From Camelus ferus (Eukaryota): a stretch of 64,000 nt of DNA. This document shows positions 26,063-38,306 of this stretch, piece after piece; position 1 is the stretch's first letter; every line of letters starts with the position of its first letter. Position numbers and translations under genes: made by a program. The notes beneath the pieces were generated by a model. The model made no database searches. It worked only from the letters and a program-made list of their open reading frames with translations, and was not told the DNA's origin. The stretch is taken from NCBI RefSeq assembly GCF_009834535.1, contig NC_045696.1, positions 96,412,001-96,476,000 of the forward strand, read 5' to 3'.

Positions 26063-28837
26063 TGGTATGATGCCAAAATTTTGGAAGAGAGTCTATGTTT
26101 TTATGCAAGTCACTGATAAAAATATATGACTGAATTAGTCTAAAGATCTCTCTAGATAGCATAGCTCTGTAAGTCAACACTCCTTGTTTCTAGAGATTTG
26201 ACAAGATATAAATCCATCTAATTGTACTATTCTTCAATTCTTCACCTTGAGAATATTTTAGGAGGCTTTGTGATCTGTCCAAATAAAAATTAAGCTATCC
26301 TACTACCTGGAACATCTTAACAGAGAAGGGGTAGGAAATCTAATAATTGCCCCACTGTGTCTGAAAAGAAATGAATTAATAAATGAGAAGCACTTAGAAT
26401 AGAGCTGAAACAGAGTAAGCCCCTCTACGTATCACATTTTTATTAATATTGCTACATTATTTTGATGCAAATCATCATGGAAATTGTCAGTATTTTAAGT
26501 ATCACACACCCACATAAAGGAAAACATTTATACAATAATAATAGTTGGTAATGACAGACTCAAACTACTCCATAGCTTACCATCGCGACACATCTATTCC
26601 AGGTTATACCAATGAGGAAAATGATTGCTATCTCCCTACACTAGAACTCTGGTTCATCAATTTTTATTAAAGGAGGGATCTCAGACTGTGTCTTCCTTCT
26701 GCAACAGCTCAGGCACCCTGCGGGGTTGAGGTTTAAGTATTAACATAGTCTTCTGATACCAACAAGAAACCCAGAAAAATCGGGGACGTCACACATCTTA
26801 TTTGCCGTGGGCAGCATCTTCCTCCACTTTCATCTGTCTCTCTGTGGCTGCTCCGGGTAGGAAGCCCGTCTCTTGCACTTCCTCTAAATGCCCCCACAAT
26901 CATCACCAACCCTGAAAACCCCCGCACTGAATCCTCCCTCCCGGTCCATGGAGGCCTCATCTGTATTCCAAGAGAACTTTGTTTTCTTTTTCTTCCTTTC
27001 CCTCAACCCTTTTAATCCTCTAGTTCAAGCAATTAGCTCTACAAATATTAGCTGCAATCAAGGTCTAGCACATGTGGTAATTTTCCCCCTAATAAATCAA
27101 TCAATTCTTTCTGTGGAGTTTTTTTTTTTTTTCCTCTCCCCTTACAGTCATTAGAGAATGACAATGCTACTGCAAGATCACCAGCAACTTGAATTAGTCA
27201 AGGAACGTCAATCAAATTTGCCAGATTTTGCTTTAAAGATGAGGGAAATGGGACAGATTCACAAAGGCCTCTTGTCTTCGAATAGGAAGCTTGATAAACC
27301 CTTGCTGAATCTCTCTGAGAGAGGCCTTGGAGGATAATGATCCATTTGGAAGAAAATCAAAATCACTATTACTAGTGACAAATCAGCCAAAACCCAGAAA
27401 CTCACTAAAGAATCTAAAAATTAATAATTGGAATAATCAACCATCCAGTGTTTCTAGGCAATGCACTGTTATAATACCTAACAGGTTAGTGCACAAAGGG
27501 AAAAAGAGAAATGATCTAGCAAATGGACACATTTTAATTTTATAACTTGCAAAAAAAAAAAAAGGTTTTAGTTAGAAGGGAATTAAGGGTCATCTGATGC
27601 ATGCTTATCCCTGGGCTTCTCAGGGCTGACTTTAGGGATACAAGTTAGGAAATAAGGAGTGAGGGACCCAGATGCAAAGCGCCTAGAGCCCCACCTCTCC
27701 TAGGATAAAAGCTCAATTTGTATCTCTTCTTACACCCAAGAGTTCAGTTAAGGAAATGGTTTCTCTAGTTAAAAATAATTTGAGAATCGCCTATATGTAT
27801 AGCTGAGACCACTCTTCATAAATGACTAAGACAAATGCCAGAGAAATGAAAGAATTCTTAACTTAGTGATGCACCTGGAGCCAGACCCTAGATCACACCT
27901 TTCTCCCCGGCATTCTTTCCACACCCCACCATGCCACGCTGCCTCCTACTCTTAGGCAGCAAATCTGGTGAGAATCCCCATGCCTTTGGATGGGAGCCTT
28001 TTTTTTTTTTTTTTGAACAACCATAAGGAAAAACCAATGAAACCAAGTTAGTGTGAGAAGAGACATAAATGCTGTATTGGAAGCAGAAACATCATTTGCA
28101 ATTGTACTCCTTTCTCGGTAATGTTTCTAGTCACACTGAGGAATTATGTCATCATCCAGCACCGGAAAAAAGGTCCTAGGGGAGCGTGGAGAGGTCTAGT
28201 TCTTTTTTCTTATGTCACCAAATGTATTGCTATTAAGACTGAGAGAAGCCAAGATTTCAGTAGGATACTTGGTGAAAACTTGCTGACATTAATGATTCAA
28301 ATTCTCAGAAAGACTGCAAGGAAAATGGTGTCATCACTGTCATTCAAGACATTTAAGATGAAATTTCAAAAGAAGGCTGTCAGGCATAATGACTGCCAGG
28401 TTCTATTATATCATCCTCAGAGGGTGGATCACACACACTACGATGCAGCCTGTGGGTGGCTGATGTTGAGGTTTGAAAGGGAGCTGCACAGAGAGGAGGT
28501 GAGGTGGGCGCAGGACCCCAGGGGGGCTCTTCACAACCAAGAGAAACCACCGCTGACATTCACATGGTGACCTGGGGTAAAGCTATGATCCACAGCCCGG
28601 GCTTTAGTCTTGGACATGCTGAAACTTGACCTCATCAGGACAATTTGACAAGATCAGGCTCTCCACACTGAACAGAATTCAGGGAGGTCTGAGCTATAAA
28701 TGGCAGTGCCAGTTTATTAATTTATAATGAGAACCTTTCTCCCTAGTGACCAGATGGCCATGTCTGATACAGTCCAGCACCGAGATACCTGCAAAGCCCA
28801 ATAGTAATCAGAAGGCAGCTGGGTAGAATGGGGTCAG

Positions 28838-29005
28838 AGCCCCGGTTCTCAACCTTGACTGCACAGTGCAGTCACCTGGGGTGATTCGACACTAAATTCA
28901 TACTCTAAAATCAAAAAATCTGAATCTCAGGGATTAGGACCCAGACATCAGTATTTTTTAAAATCTCCTCAAGTGATTTCAGTGAGCAACTAAGAACCAC
29001 TGGCT
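28838..29005. mobile_element. MER5-type hAT MITE
   Basis: ccggttctcaaccttgactgcac...tcacctgggg...aagtgatttc...agaaccactg. Confidence 0.8.
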
Positions 29006-29299
29006 TAGAGCCAAGAGGTCATCCAGGCCACTGTGAGGCTTTAGGCCTCATTCTTCCCTCATGGGGATCCACAGTCTGTATGTCACAGACCAGGAGATTT
29101 TTTTTAAACTGGGAGCAGACATAGGTTTGCCAATTTTTTAACTTGACAAATAAGGACATTAAAAATTCACCTACCATTATTTCACTAAAGAAAGAAAATC
29201 TTAACAAAAATTAGGAAGGACACAATTTCAGAATAAAAGATGTACTATGTTATATTCATTTTTCTCATGTTTCTATAGATCAGGGAAAACTTCACCGTA

Positions 29300-30021
29300 T
29301 TTTTTTTTTATTGGAGTATAGTCGGTTTACAATGTTGTGTTAGTTTCTGGTGTACAGCATAGTGATTCAGTGATACATATACATATATACTTTTTCATAT
29401 TCTTTTGCATTATATGTTATTACAAGATATTGAATATAGTTACCTGTGCTATACAGAAGGACCCTTGTTGTTTACCTATTTTATATATAGTAGTTTGGAT
29501 CTGCTAATCCGAAACTCCTAATTTATCCCTCTTCCTGCCCTTTCCCCACCCCAGGTAACAATAAGTTTGTTTTCTATGCCTGTGAGTCTGTTTCTGTTTT
29601 GTAAATAAGTTCATTTGTGTCATTTTTTCAGATTCTGCATATAAATGATAACATATGCTATTTGTCTTTCTCTGCCAGACTTATTTCACTTAGTATGAAA
29701 ATCTCCAGGTCCATCCATGTTGCTGTAAATGGCATTGTTTCATTCTTTTTTATGGCTGAGTAATATATATTCCATTGTGTGTGTGTGTGTGTGTATACAT
29801 ATATACACACACATATACATACACACAACTTCTTTTTCCAACCATCTGTCAATGGACATTTAGGTTGCTTCCATGTCTTGGCTATTGAAAATAGTGCTGC
29901 TATAAACATTAGGATGAGTGTATCTTTTTGAATTAGAGTTTCCTTTGGATATTTGCCCAGGAGTGGGATTGCTGGATCATATGGTAACTATATTTTCAGT
30001 TTTTAAAGAAATCTCCATACT
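29300..30021 (-). mobile_element. Relatively young L1 3' end with TSD
   Basis: Poly-T, artiodactyl-type 3' UTR (ttggagtatagtcggtttacaatgttgtgttagtttctgg), ORF2 end MFIAALFSIAKTWKQPKCP...ATWMDLE; TSD ggaaaacttcac at 29284-29295 and 30022-30033. Confidence 0.93.
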
Positions 30022-31004
30022 GGAAAACTTCACAATAAACTGATGCAAAGTTAAGAACTGGCATGATCTAACTGCAGTTCACACACGTAGTCAGGGGTCA
30101 GGGCTTTTCTTCTTAGACAACTTTAGATACACTTGGCTGGGTTTTGTTCATTAAGCCAATGTCCTATGCTAACTACCCCTCTCTTACCATGTCCTTTCTG
30201 TAGAGGTATTAATTGTATTGGTTAAGTTGTAGGTAATTTCTGCTCCCAGGCTTTGAAATGTTCTGTCTCCTCCAATTACAGAATATGTTGATTTAATTAG
30301 CTTAACTCTCCTTAGACACCTAAAAGTTTCTGGACTGGGTGTGACACATGTACCCCCACATAACTGCTTACTGGGGGCACTGGCACCATTTTGTTTTGCT
30401 AGTGCACAATAATGGAAATTACCCTAAATCCCATGGAGAATTCACTGGGAAGCCAAACCACCTGTGATGAGCTGAATATTCCGTGTGTCAGGTTACATGA
30501 AACAGACTTACGTTGTGAAACTACTTTTGAATGCCTCTTTGGAATCCGGTGTATATCCTGTCCTTCTGTGGCCGTGGCGTATGTTGCTGCCTCCTCCCCT
30601 GAAGGGACATTGGCATGCTTGAACTGGTTCTATACTTAGTTGTCTGTCTTCACCAAGACAGCCTCTGGCAACTACCAAAAGAGGATAGCTGTGCCAAGAA
30701 GTCCAAGACTATACCTCAAGGTTCTCCTCAAAGCACTATTAACCTAGACACTCATTCATGCCAACAACGGTATAGAATCTTCACTTATTAATTTCTTCCA
30801 AGCTGCCCCACTTAGAGGTGGATCAAGAGGACAGAAGCTAGCAAAAACACATACTTTCAACCAACTGGAAAAGTTCTCTAAGCACCCAAGATGTATAACT
30901 AATGATGGGCCATTCTGCCCTTGTTACTCTCAGCCCAACCCAACCCTCACTGAAGAGCCTGTCATCTCTTCAAAGTCAACGGCTGCTAAGAAAAGCACAT
31001 AAAC

Positions 31005-31215
31005 CTCAGAATTAGAAGACCTGATCTGAATCTAGTTCCACTACTCTCTTGGGCAAGTGTTTGTTCTTTCTGAGCCTCAGTTTCCTTACCTATGAAATGA
31101 GGACAGCAGCATCTTCTTCTTCTTCATCACTTTATATGGTAACTGTGAGAATTAAATAATTTAAGTAAAACACTTAGCAAGGTGCCAGATGTACTAAGTT
31201 CTTACTAAAAGTTCA
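31005..31215 (+). mobile_element. MIR SINE
   Basis: cttgggcaagtg...tctgagcctcagtttccttacctatgaaatgagg...gtaaaacacttagca. Confidence 0.8.
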
Positions 31216-31899
31216 CTTTGTAGGTCAGGGCCTAGCACAAGGATGCGGCATAGACACTCGGTGTACACACACACACGAGTCCTATATCTGTCTGCAGAAA
31301 GAGCAAGCTCACTGGAAATGCAGAGTTAGAAAGCTGTCACTGAATTCTCAACTCTAGTTTTCAAATCTTGAAAGTTTGACTCAATTCACTTTGCTACTTA
31401 ATCTTGCTCATGCCTTTGTCTCTTGTCTCCCTGACCCATTACCTCTGCTGGGACCCTTGCTTTTCAGTGACAAATTCTTAGTGCCTTCTGTCTGACCACG
31501 ATCCGTTATTCCCATGAGAATGCCTTTGTCATCTTGAGAGACTCTGGTATTTCTCAAATCCAGAACCACATTCCCTTGCCATTGTCCCAAAGCAACCAAA
31601 TGTTTTAAAGGAAAGCATATAGAAATCTAGATATTTACATCTGTATTCCCATAGTTGTGTGTGCCAGGAAAAATTTAAATCATACTCTCTACTGATACAC
31701 TGGTTCTAAATCACGGATCTGGGAGAAAAGAAGTTAGGGAGGGGAAGCCCCAGCAGTTGGTCCACGGAGCTTCGTGTCCATGCAGATCCAGTCCAGCCCA
31801 ATATTTCATGCTGCTAGAGTGAACATTTTTCAAAATCAGTTAATTACCAATATATACATGTCCTTCCTACCTCTGCCAAAACTCGTCTTCTCTCCCCAC

Positions 31900-32085
31900 C
31901 AAAAACAAAACCACACCAATAAATGAACTTCTCAAGTTGCTAAAAATTTACCATAGGAGCCAAGCCTGTTTCTGAAAGTTTCAACTCACCCAATTGGACA
32001 AAAGGCAGAGGAAGGGGAGGGATTTATCAAGTTACACGGAGAACTCCATCTGTTATCTTAGACTTCTGTTACCAAGGGACACAAG
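31900..32085 (+). promoter_or_regulatory. Probable CLRN1 proximal promoter (no CpG island)
   Basis: Repeat-free sequence before the inferred UTR with palindromic CCAATTGG (31990-31997), GATA sites TTATCA (32024-32029) and TTATCT (32053-32058), E-box CATCTG (32047-32052) and X-box-like GTTACCAAGGGAC (32068-32080). Confidence 0.55.
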
Positions 32086-32389
32086 AGGAGATACTTGAAG
32101 GCAGTTGGAAAGAGTTTTATTTTACAGGTTCTAAGTCCAAAGATTTCAAATTAGAGAGAAGCAGCAGCAGAAAAGGAGAGAAAAACAAGCAAGCGTGATG
32201 ACACCACCTTCATCCTGACATTCTGACATTGAGCCTGTGGAGAAACACTGTCCATGGTTAAGTCGCCTGTTCTAGCTGGGATCTGTCCGCTCAGCTTCCA
32301 TAATAAATGCAGTTAAAGGGGCAGGCACTTCTCATCAGTCACAAAGGTCTTGTTTTTGAACCTCATCCTCACAAAAGCCACTTCTCATC
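32086..32389 (+). other. CLRN1: Probable CLRN1 5' UTR (start approximate)
   Basis: Unique sequence directly upstream of the ATG; AGGAGATACTTGAAGGCAG at 32086 resembles the 5' end of the human mRNA as I recall it. TSS cannot be fixed from sequence alone. Confidence 0.6.
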
Positions 32390-32642
32390 ATGCCAAACCA
32401 ACAGAAGAAGGTCATTTTTTGCATGGCTGGGGCATTAAGCTTCGTGTGTGCCCTCGGAGTCGTGACAGCCCTGGGGACACCTTTGTGGATTAAAGCCACC
32501 TTCCTCTGCAAAACTGGAGCTCTGCTGGTCAATGCCTCAGGGCAGGAGCTGGACAAGTTCATGGGCGAGATGCAGTACGGGCTTTTCCGTGGAGAGGGCG
32601 TGAGGCAGTGTGGGTTGGGAGCCAGGCCCTTTCGGATCTCAT
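32390..32642 (+). CDS. CLRN1: Clarin-1, first coding exon (codons 1-84 plus 1 nt)
   Basis: Translates MPNQQKKVIFCMAGALSFVCALGVVTALGTPLWIKATFLCKTGALLVNASGQELDKFMGEMQYGLFRGEGVRQCGLGARPFRIS, recognisably the clarin-1 N-terminus with TM1 and the N48 sequon (AAT at 32531-32533). ATG has A at -3. Ends at donor CAT|GTAAGT (GT at 32643), 253 nt, phase 1. Confidence 0.97.
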
Positions 32643-35600
32643 GTAAGTAACAATTGCATTAGAATTATTTAATACTTTAGGCATGCTCTTCCAAATGTTG
32701 AAAGAAATTATTTTTAAGAGCCTTGCCCTGTCTGTTGCAGAACTTTTCAAACAGGTGTGAACGATTTGAAATACCTAGCAGTTTCTTCTTCCTAGTTTTT
32801 AGTCTTTTTTGAAATTTTATTAATTATTCCATTCTTTCTATTTTTATTGACAACATATAGTTAATGTGTTGCTACAGAGTTAAACTTTTTGAAAAGATAA
32901 GCAATTAAAATTCTTCTTAAATATTAATATTTATGTAAGAAATGATGGGATCTTTTTTTAAAAAGGGGTGAACTTGGGGAAATAGAAAAGCTGTAAGAGA
33001 TGATTTCTATTTCGTTCTTTAATAAAGAACCAGTGTCACGGGCTGCTTCGCTAACTCTGGCTGCTTCTTCCCCTTGCACATAACTTTTGTTTCCTGTCTA
33101 CACCCCTATTTTCCCTGCTAGGCCCTTTGCTGTTGATAAATATTCTTTTTTTACCTTAACCAATTTGGATCACTTGACTACAGAAATTTAAAATGATATG
33201 CTGTCCTAACTGGGAAAGAATTAGATGCCTATTTAGTATAGAAAATTGGCCACTGATTGACCTTCAAATCATGTAGAGAATACGAGACTGATTTTCCTGT
33301 CACGATATTTGTGAGCTGGAAGTGTTACCCACAATATTTACAACCTGTTTATCTTAAGAAGTTCAGAATTTAAAAAAAAATTACCATGTGAATAGGCAAC
33401 TCATTAAATGAAAATTAATAAGAAGTCATTTGTTGTATCTCTCCCAGCACACATTCAGAAATTATTATTATTTCAAACGGGCTGGTTTGGAACAATCTTA
33501 TGAAGACACAGCCAGTAAATTACTGCATAAATCACTCTTCAGGAAAGGGGGTTACCAACTGAGGTATTTAAAATGAATGATTATTTCGCCTGGATATTTT
33601 TTTTTCTCCTAGCATAGGTAGAAAGCTAAATTAATTGAATTTATTATTAACATATGCAGTGTCTAATTAAATTTCAATTCTGGTCTATTTATATTTCTGC
33701 AACATTCCTTATAACTTCTTAGCAGTCATTGGACACCAACCTTTAACTCACATAGGTTATTTTTTTTCATATAGGTTATTAAGTGATAGGAATTTGCAAA
33801 GGGCTCCAGAAAATCCCCAAGAATTAGTCTTTAGCTTTTTAAGAAATTATCAACTAGGTTTGCCAAAGTGAATAGCCACCCTTTTCACTGAATGGCTTTA
33901 GTTCATTAAGGTAACGGTGCTGTTAGAGTTGCTTAGCTTTCCTTAGGGGGGAGAAAAGAGAACAAAGCAGAATGTCACACGATTTGCAACTGTATTAAAA
34001 AACAAAAAAGGGAAAAAGATGAGTGAAATGATTTAACCATGAGTCATTGGCAGCTAAAGTATGAGTAAAGCTTCTCACAAAAGAATTTAGACAAAAGCAA
34101 AATTCCTCTACAGGGAATTTTCTGGAGCCTTTGCATTTTGTACAGTGAAATGAAGATAAACTTATACCACAGGACATGTTTGAGAACAATAATATGTTTT
34201 CTAAACACTTATTACACAGTAAGCAGTATGCACATTTCGTCTCATTTAATCCTTACACGCCACATTCCCCTGTGTTTGGTTCAATAAGGGAGTTTTCAAT
34301 GACGGTGTCCTACACTGGTCCCGTCTATGAAGTTGTTCTAATCAGGTGTCCCTTTGCTTTCAGTGAAGACTCATAGAGCTGGTGGGGTTTAAACAAGCCC
34401 CTTGCCTATCCCACAGAACTGCAATTGTCCCCTGGATACTCTGATCATTTTCCCCAGCCTAGTGAGGAAAATCTTACATTAGACAGACAAATCTAGTTGG
34501 AGATTTGCTTTGAATAAATTGTCCATTGGCAGTGCCATATTCTCAGTGAATTTTTCCTGGTTCTGCTGTACAGTTTATGTGTGTTATTTTTATGTGCAAT
34601 GTAGGTATCACTTTTAAAACCCAGATATACAGTATAACGTGAAGATGAAGAATGGACAAGAAAGAGTCAGGCGATGTTCCGTTGTTCCTATTAAATGTTC
34701 CCGATTGACCATCTATCTCTTTTAATTATAACAAAATTCTTCCCTGCCAGTGTGCACAATTATGCTGGGAAAATTTCTGCCTCGTTTACTTGGGCTGATT
34801 CTCATCCGTTTACGGGTCAGCGGTTCATTTTCTAGAGGTCACTAGCATTCATACTTAGCACACAATTTCATTCATTATAATGAAGGATTGTTTTCCTTTC
34901 AAGGCAACACAACTGGTCGGCTTAATTCTTCCTGCTACGTCACCTGTAAAATTTTAATGATGATGTTTAAACTCTAAATGTAGCCATCAAGACAAAATAT
35001 GCCGGTTTTGAGCTCAGGGTGTGTGGGTGGGTTTCTGTTTCGGTTTGAAACTCTGCAAAGCATCATCAAAATAGGATCCCCGAGAGTCATATGGTCTAGA
35101 TCATTCCTAGGTATGCTGGGCTCTTCATTGCCAAGACAGTTCAACAAGCTGGGGGAAACATATGGAATATTTTTTGTTTGAAAGGTAAAAGAGAAAATTT
35201 AATCACAGATCACAGCTTGCAACTTAGTCATGCTTTAAAAAGCATTTTAATTTGGACCTTATCATTGAAAACTTGTAAAAAGCTTAACAGCGATTGAGCT
35301 TACTTTGTATACTAGAAAAGCAGAGTTTCTTTTGACCAAATGAGGCATACAACCCGGATTGCAGGGGGAAGGTTGAAACTACCTCTGTGAACAAGCAGGT
35401 GGCTCCTCAAACATATTTGGGGTACAATAGTTGTGACTCAAGATCTCTGTGACCCTTGCTGAGAGCTGGCGCTCCATCCCGTGGTTTCTTCCTGTCTCCC
35501 ACTGATCCCACCTGTTCCAGGTGACCTGTGGTCACCATCCTGTACACCCTGCCTCTCTCCCATCACCCTGCCTACACACGGCAGAGCTGCAAAGGTCTTT

Positions 35601-35841
35601 GATGCACGTCCTTCTAGTAACACTGCCTGTCTCTCCCCCCTTCCTGAGCATGCCGTCTGGGTCGAAGCAGGCATGGTGGGGGGTGGGAGGGACACCTAAT
35701 GAGTTTGGGGAAGTCATGACCTGATAAGAGGGAAGGAGCAAGGAAGTCACTTGTGCCATTTCACTCAGCATGCATGGCCCCTCCATCCTTTTAGCTCAGG
35801 GCCCTACTGTCTACTCTCACACATCAAAATAGTCCAGCCAA

Positions 35842-36073
35842 ACTAACATATATAAAATAGGTAAACAAAATGTTCATACTGTATAGCACAGGGAACTATA
35901 TTCAATATCTTGTAGTAACTTGTGAAAAAGAATATGAAAATGAATATATGTATGTTCATGTATGACTGAAGCATTAGGCTGTACACCAGAAATTGACACA
36001 CTGTAAACTGACTATACTTCAATAAAAATACATATATACCAAAAAAAAAAAAAAAAAAGAAAAGAAAAAAACC
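35842..36073 (+). mobile_element. Short 5'-truncated L1 3' end with poly(A) and TSD
   Basis: tactgtatagcacagggaactatattcaatatcttgta...actatacttcaataaaa plus A-tail; TSD tccagccaa at 35833-35841 and 36074-36082. Confidence 0.9.
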
Positions 36074-37989
36074 TCCAGCCAATAGAGATGTTTTCCTCCC
36101 ATTGCGAAAATAATGCGATTAGTGGGACGGAAGACAGCAGTGTTTAGGAAGCACCAGTGTGAAGGGGCAAACTGACTTCTCACAGCCAAATAACTGTTTT
36201 CCTCCTCTGTCCTTCCCAAAGTGTGATGTTCACACTATTACTCCTTATCACCTTGTATGGTGAGTATTTGAGAATGTGTGCTTCTCTGCGAGGAGACTGT
36301 GAGCCCGAAGAAAGCAGGGGCTGTGGGTCATTCATCCCGTTCCTCCCTCAAACCTGGACCTGGCACAGTGCCTGGTGCAGAGGTACCTAATGTTTAGTAA
36401 ACTGACACTATTGAGATGGAGCAATTTGGGGTGGGAGCAGGGCTCTGCCACTCACTGGAGATTAGACTTCCAACAAATTATGTCACTTTATTGGTTTTCA
36501 GCCCTTGCATCTATAAAATGGGAGGTGAAACAGGTGATCTCTAACATCTCTTCCATTTCAAACACTCTGTGATCTATATAATGAGGAGCTGACTGTTCTT
36601 GACAAGGTTCTTTCAGCTTTAAATTTGCATGACCCTTCTAGTTTCAGTCGCTTGAAGCCTCCACTGACGGATTTTAGCCACCATTATTAGCAGTGGTGAG
36701 TTCTGTGTGCCTTTGCTCTTTGGTTCTCAAAGCTCATGATTTTTAAAGTAAAGTATTCTGAAATACCTGCTATTTATTAGGACCCAGAGGAATTTCATTA
36801 TCAAAGTGAAGACTCCTTTTTTCCCTGTCATAACCTTTTACTTTTTGTGTAGAAAATTGCAAGTGAAAGAAGGAGAAAATGAAAAATGGGATGGGATGTT
36901 TTGGAGTTCTAGGGAGATGGGGCAGTGGGTTCTGAAGAGCAGGAACAGCCACAAACACACAAATAATTAAAAGAGAATTATTGAGAAAGCAAAAAAAGGA
37001 GATCAAAAGACAGGGAGAGGCTGCCCTATTTCCTTCCATTTTTTTTTTTTTCTCTAGAAACTCCTCTTCCATCCTCACTGAAAAACTCCTCTTTGCTGAA
37101 TCAGATTTCATAAACTGGTAATAGCAAGAAATGAGGAATGACTAGCATACTTAACACTCCAAGGGTATTCTTTACCCAAAGGCAGAACTTCAGCAGAAAT
37201 TATCCTCGAATTAGAGAGCAATGTAGGAAAGACGCTTTTGAGAAAAGGAACTTCTGATTCTCCTTGGTTAGTGCAGGACAAAGACATTTATTTCGTCCTC
37301 CTCCCTGACAACTACCTGCAACACCCTTACCAGAAAAAAATCCACAATATTAGTCTTGTTTGAGGACTATAATTTTGCATATATGTGTACACACACCCAC
37401 CACCCCCAACATACCTCCTTCCCTTTAAATTACCCTACACCCTAAACAGCCAGTAAATTTATTGACCTGGGCTTACCTGAGAGATAAAAGAGAGGCTGAC
37501 AAGGCTGCTCTGAAGTTCTGCATGCCAGGTCCTACCTAAGTGAAACTTCTGGAACTTAACTCTGGTGTGTGAACTTTATCTGCTGGAGGATGACTCTTAA
37601 ATTGTTCTCACAATTTGCTGCTCTGCTTTCTCATTTAATCTCTGAGGGTGAGTCATCTTCCCCAGGGACTTTCAGACAATCCAGAAGAAAAAAACCACTC
37701 ATTTACTGGATGCTTCCTCGGTGCCAGGCACTCTGTATACATTATCTTCAACCCTTATATGGGAGGCGTTATGAGGCCACTCCTATTGAATAAACATGGA
37801 AACTGGAAACTCCAAGAGTCACAGACCTAGGAGGTAGCAGACCTAGGACTGAAATTCAGACGCCTGTGATGGATTTGCTCATTCCTCTGCCACGTTCTGT
37901 CTCCTTACAATATGCAAAAAGGATGCAAAGAGATGAAGAAAATATAAGAGTAGACCTCAGTTTCACCATCTATTTAAAATACTGTACTG

Positions 37990-38273
37990 AATTGGTGAGG
38001 ATGTGGAGAAAAGGGAACCTTATAGCACTGTTGGTAGGAATGTAAATACATGCAGCCACTGTGGAAAACAATATGGAGGTTCCTCAGACATTTAAAAACA
38101 GAACTATCACATGATCAAGCAATTCCATACCTGGATATTTATCCAAAGAAAGCAAAAACATTAATTTGAAAAGATACATGCACCCCACTGTTCATAGCAG
38201 CATTATTTATGATAGCCAAGATATAGAAACAACCTAAATGTCCATCAACAGATGACTGGATAAAGAAGATGAG

Positions 38274-38306
<33 letters not shown>

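Noticed and set aside
28121..28570. 149-aa ORF upstream of CLRN1
   Set aside because: Overlaps what looks like a degenerate CR1/L3 fragment; no supported exon structure.
32302..32307. AATAAA in the leader as a poly(A) signal or TATA box
   Set aside because: Too close to the inferred TSS to act as a PAS, and no independent evidence for a TATA role.
32643..32650. ORF-track extension of exon 1 (...SCK*)
   Set aside because: Read-through past the GTAAGT donor into the intron.
34955..35030. ATGATGA box-C-like motif suggesting an intronic C/D snoRNA
   Set aside because: No CTGA box D or terminal stem at a suitable distance.
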